From the human T2T-CHM13v2.0 reference genome, Homo sapiens: a DNA stretch of 64,000 nucleotides. The position numbers and the translations under genes were made by a program. Positions 59,375-64,000 of this stretch are shown here, piece after piece. Under the pieces are notes generated by a model, which saw nothing but the letters and a program-made list of their open reading frames with translations, ran no database searches and was not told the origin of the DNA. Where the stretch lies: NCBI RefSeq assembly GCF_009914755.1, contig NC_060927.1; one strand, 5' to 3'. Within the stretch, counting starts at the first letter, position 1. The number at the start of each line of letters is the position of its first letter.

Positions 59375-61757
59375 TGCATTAGTCCAATCTCACAATGCTA
59401 TAAGAACATACCCGAGACTAAGTAATTTATAAAGGAAAGAGGTTTAATTGACTCACACTTCCACAGGGCTGGGTGGCCTCAGGAAACTTACAATCATGGT
59501 GGAAATAGAAGCAAACCCATCCTTTTTCACAAGGCAGCAGGAGAGAAAAGAATGAATGCTGAGTGAAGGGAAAAGCCCCTTATAAAACAATCAGATCTTG
59601 TGAGAACTCACTATCATGTGAACAGCATGGCAGAAACTGCCACTATAATTCAATTATCTCTACCTTGTCCCTCCCATTGCATTGGAAGATTTTGGGAACT
59701 ATTTTACATTTAAAGATAACAATTGAGTGGGGACACAGCCAAATTGTATTATTCTACACCTGGCCCTTCCCAAATCTCATGTTCTCAAAATTCAAAGACA
59801 ATCATGTCCTTCCAACCGTTCCCCCAAAGTCTTAATTCATTCCAGCATTAACTCAAAAGTCTAAGTCCAAGTCGCTTTTACATAGGAGCCTGTTAAAAAT
59901 GCAAATTAGTTACTTCCTAGAAACAGTGGGGGTATAGGCGTTCAATAAATACACCCACTCCAAATGGGAGAAATTGGCCAAAAAGGAAGGGGATACAGGT
60001 CCCATGGAAGTCTGAAATCCACTGGGGCAGTCAAATGTTAAAGCTCTGAAAAGATCTCCTCTGACTCAATGTCTCACATCCAGGTCACGCTGATGCAAGA
60101 GGTGGGTTCCCATGCTGATGCAAAAGGTGGGTTCCCACATCCAGGTCATGCTGATGCAAGAGGTGGCTTCTCACAGCACTGACCCTGTGGTTTTTGGGTA
60201 CAAGCCCCCTCCCAGCTGCCTTCTCAGGCTGACATTGAGTGTTTGCAGCTTTTTCTGATTCATGGTGCAAGTTATCAGTGGATCTACCATTTTGGGGTCT
60301 GGAGGGCAGTGGCCCTCTTCTCACAGCTCCACTAGGCAGTGCCCCAGTGGGCACTCTATGGGGGCTCCAACCCTATATTTCACTTCCACATCGCACTACT
60401 AGAGGATCTACATGAGTGCTCCACCCCTGCAGCTAACTTCTGCCTGGATACCCAGGTGTTTTCATACATCCTTTAGAAATCTAGGTGCAGGTTCCCAAAC
60501 CTCAGTTCTTCACTTATGTGCACCCATAGGCTCAACGCCATGTGGAAATTGCCAAAGTTTGGGGCTTGTACCTCTGAAACCATTGCCTGAGCTGTATATT
60601 GGCCCCTTTTAACTATGGCTGGGATGCAGGGCACCAATTCCCAAGACTGCAAAAATCAGCAAGGCCCTGGGCCTGGTCCATGAAACCATTTTTTTTCTTC
60701 TAGGTCTCCAGACTTGTGTTGGGAGGGGCTGCTGTGAAGACCTCTGACATACCCTAGAGACATTATCCCCACAGTTTTGGTGACTAACATTTGTTTCTTG
60801 TTACTCATGCAAATTTTTGCAGCTGGCTTGAATTTCTCCTTAGGAAGTGGGTTCTTATTTTGTGTCACATTGTTAGGCTTCAAAGTTTTCAAACTTTTAT
60901 GCTCTGGTTCCCTTTTAAACATAAATTCCAATTCCCAACCATACCTTTGTCTATACATAAACCTGAATTCTTTTAACAGCACCCAAGTTCCCTCTTGAAT
61001 GCTTTGCTGTTTAGAAGTTTCTCATGCCAGACACCCTAAATTATCTCTCTCAAGTTCAAAGTTTCACAGATCTCTAATGTAGGGGCAAAATGCCACTAGT
61101 CTCTACGCTAAAACTTAGAAAGAGTCACCTTTATTCTAGTTCTCAACAAGTTTCTCCTCCCCATCTGAGATGACTTCAGCCTGGACTTCATTGCTCATAT
61201 CGCTATCAGCATTTTGGTCAAAGCCATTCAACAAGTCTCTAGGAAGTTCCAAACGTTCCCACATCTTCCTGTCTTCTTCTGATCCCTCCAAACTTCCAAC
61301 CTCTGCCTGTTAACCAGTTCCAAAGTGGCTTCCACATTTTTGGGTATCCTTATAGCAGTGTCTCACTACCTGGTATCAATTTACTGTATTAGTCCTTTTT
61401 CATGATGCTATAAGAACATATCCAAGACTGAGTAATTTATAAAGGAAAGAGGCTTAACTGACTCACTCTTCTACAGGGTGGTGGAGGCCTCAGGAAACTT
61501 ACAATCATGGCAGAAGGGGAAGCAAACACATCTTTCTTCACAAGATGGCAGGAGAGAGAAGAATGAGTGCCAACTAAAGGGGGAAGCCCCTTGTAAAATC
61601 ATCAGATTTTGTGAGAACTCATTATCATGAGAACAGCATGGCAGAAAATGCCCCCATGATTCAATTAACTCCACCTGGTCCCTCCCACAACACATAGGGA
61701 TTATGGGAACTACGATTCAAGATGAGATTTGAATGGGGACACAGACAAACCATATTA
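59375..61757 (-). mobile_element. Inner complete THE1 (THE1C-like): LTR 59375-59751, internal, LTR 61385-61757
   Basis: Two direct LTRs sharing 'ataagaacata...ataaaggaaagagg'; degenerate TSD catcc/attcc; inserted ~60 bp into the outer THE1 internal region. Confidence 0.9.
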
Positions 61758-64000
61758 ATTCCTAACAGTCCCCAGAAGTCTTAACTCATTCCAGCATTAA
61801 CTCAAAAGTCCAAGTTCAAAGTTTCATGTGAGACAAGGAAAGTCCCTTCTGCTTATAAGCCTATAAAATAAAATAAAAAAAGCCTGTTACTTTCAAGATA
61901 CAATGCGGGTTCAGGCATTGGGTAAATGTGCCCATTCCTTCTGGGATAAATTTGTGAAAACAAAGGGACCATAGGTCCCATGCAAGCCTGAAACCAGGCA
62001 GGACAGTCATTAAATCTAAATGCTCCAAAATAATCTCCTCTGACACCATGTCTCACATTCACAGCATGCTGATGCAAGAGCTGAGTTCAAAAGGCCTTGG
62101 GAAGCTCTTCCCTGTGGCTCTGCAGGCTACAGCTCTTGCAGCTTCTTTCACAGGCTGACATTGACTGTGGCTTTTCCAGGTGCACGGTGCAAGCTGTTAG
62201 TGGATCTACCATTCTGGGGTCCAGAGGATGGTGCTGCTTTTCTCACAGCTCCACTAGGCAGTGCCACAGTAGGTATTCTGTGTGGGAGCTGCAACCCCAC
62301 ATTTCCCCTCTGCATTGCCCTAGTAGAGGTTTTCCATGAGGGTTCCACTCCTGTAGAAACTTCTGCCTGGACATCAAGTGTTTTCATACATACTCTGAAA
62401 TCTAGGTGGAGGCTCCAAAGCTCAACTCTTGTCTTCTTCACACCCACAGGCCCAATACCTCAGGGAAGCCACCAAGGCTTGGGGCTTGCACCCTCTGAAG
62501 CCATGGGCTAACCTGTACCTTGGCCCGGTTTAAACACAGCTGGAGTTGTAGTGGCTTAGACAAAGGGCACTAAGTCCTGAGGCTGCACAGAGCAGGGGGG
62601 CCCTGGGCCTGGCCCATGAAATCACTGATTTCTCCTGGGTCTCTGGGCCTATGATGGAAGAGATTGCCCCAAAGGTTTCTGTCATGCCCTAGAGACATTT
62701 CCCCCATTATCTTTATTATTCATGTTTGGCTCCTCATTACTTATACAAATTTCTGCAGCAGGTTTAAATTCCTCCCCAGCAACTGGGATTTTATTTTCTA
62801 CCACATGGTCTGGCTGCAAATTTGTGAAACTTTTATGCTCTGCTTCCCTTTTAAATACAAATTTCAATTTCAAGTCATCTCTTTATGAACACATATATCT
62901 ATACACTTTTAGAACAATCCAGATCACCTCTTGAATGCTTTAATCCTTAGACATTTCTCCTGCCAGATACCCTAAATCATGTCTCTTAAATTCAAAATTT
63001 CATAGATCTCTAGGACAGGACCAAAATGCCACTAGTCTCTTTGCTAAAACATAGTGTGAGTGATCTTTGCTCGATTTTCCAACAAGTTCCTTATCTCCAT
63101 CTGAAGCCACCTCAGCCTTGATGTCACTTTCCATATCACTATTATCATTTTGGTCAAAACCATTCAACAAGTCTCTAGGAAGTTGCAAACTTTTCCTCAT
63201 TTTCCTGTCTTAAGTCCTGCTAACTGTTCCAACCTCTGCCATTTACCCAGTTCCAAAATTACTTCCATATTTTCAAGTTATCTTTATAGCAGTAACCCAC
63301 TCTGTTGGTACGAATTATCTGTATTAGTCCATTCTCACAGCACTATAAAGATAATACCTGAGACCGGGTAATATATAAAGAAAGGATGTACAACTGACCC
63401 ACAATTTCACATGGCTAGGGAGACCTCAGGAAATTTAGGATTCTAACAGAAGGTGAAGGGAAGCAAGGCAGGTCTTACAAGGCAGGAGGAGAGAGAGAGA
63501 GAATAAGGAAGTGCCACACTTGAAAACCATCACCTCTGATGAGAACTCACTCACTATAATGAAAAGAGCATGGAGAAAATTGTCCCCATGATTCAACTGC
63601 TTCCTTCCTGGTTCCTCCTTCAACACAGGTGAATTAAAATTTAAGATGAGATTTGGTTGGAGACACAGAGCTAAAATGTATCAGCTATGGAATATTTTCA
63701 TATATGGTTCAGTGTCTACTGATTTGAGACAAGTTATTTAAGAACTTGTTTTAAGAGTACTGATAAGCCAATCAGACAAAAACTTGTTAAAGTGGAGCAT
63801 TTTTGGGGGGGGTGATAGAACAATGTTCAAAGACAGAAAAGTATAAAAATGAAGGTTATTTAAAATAGAATAATATGCCTGAAACACAGAAAAAGAATGA
63901 AAGTGGTAAGAATGAACATTGGGAAAGCAGGCAGAAACATCTTGAAGGATTTTATATGATATACTAAAACATTTGAACTTCATCAAGAAGGTAATGGAAA

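Larger units (their letters stand above)
57521..63683 (-). mobile_element. Outer THE1 (THE1D-like) provirus: LTR 57521-59311 (split by LTR12), internal 59312-59374 and 61758-63319, LTR 63320-63683
   Basis: Both LTRs read tgtattagtccattctcac...tatca; 5-bp TSD gccat/gctat; the internal region is continuous across the inner THE1. Confidence 0.9.

Overview
This is AT-rich primate (human-like) genomic DNA typical of a gene desert or large intron. I find no credible protein-coding gene, tRNA or rRNA; every long ORF in the track lies in an L1, Alu or LTR element. The window is dominated by nested transposable elements. (1) A full-length minus-strand L1PA7/8-type LINE-1 (36184-42617, 16-bp TSD) inserted in a MER47/Tigger5-type DNA transposon. 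(2) Two 5'-inverted (twin-primed) L1PA insertions with intact TSDs (4444-4894; 12768-15769). (3) A two-LTR MER50 provirus (20246-30129) with degenerate PBS, gag, pol (YIDD) and env-tail remnants, which carries a MER11 solo LTR and a complete THE1D-type MaLR. (4) A THE1 element (57521-63683) containing a second complete THE1 and an LTR12 solo LTR with an intact-looking CCAAT/GATA/TATA-like promoter. (5) Solo LTR8, MSTA, MLT1, MER4 and MER31-like LTRs, five Alus, a FLAM and old L1M/L2/MIR/DNA-transposon relics. The most unusual structure not explained by repeat identity is an 86-nt fold-back (37-bp arms, 34/37 paired) made by an inverted duplication inside an ERV1 LTR at 50196-50281, with pre-miRNA-like geometry. 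I see no evidence of a new multi-gene biological system. Subfamily names come from remembered consensus features and need RepeatMasker/Dfam confirmation.
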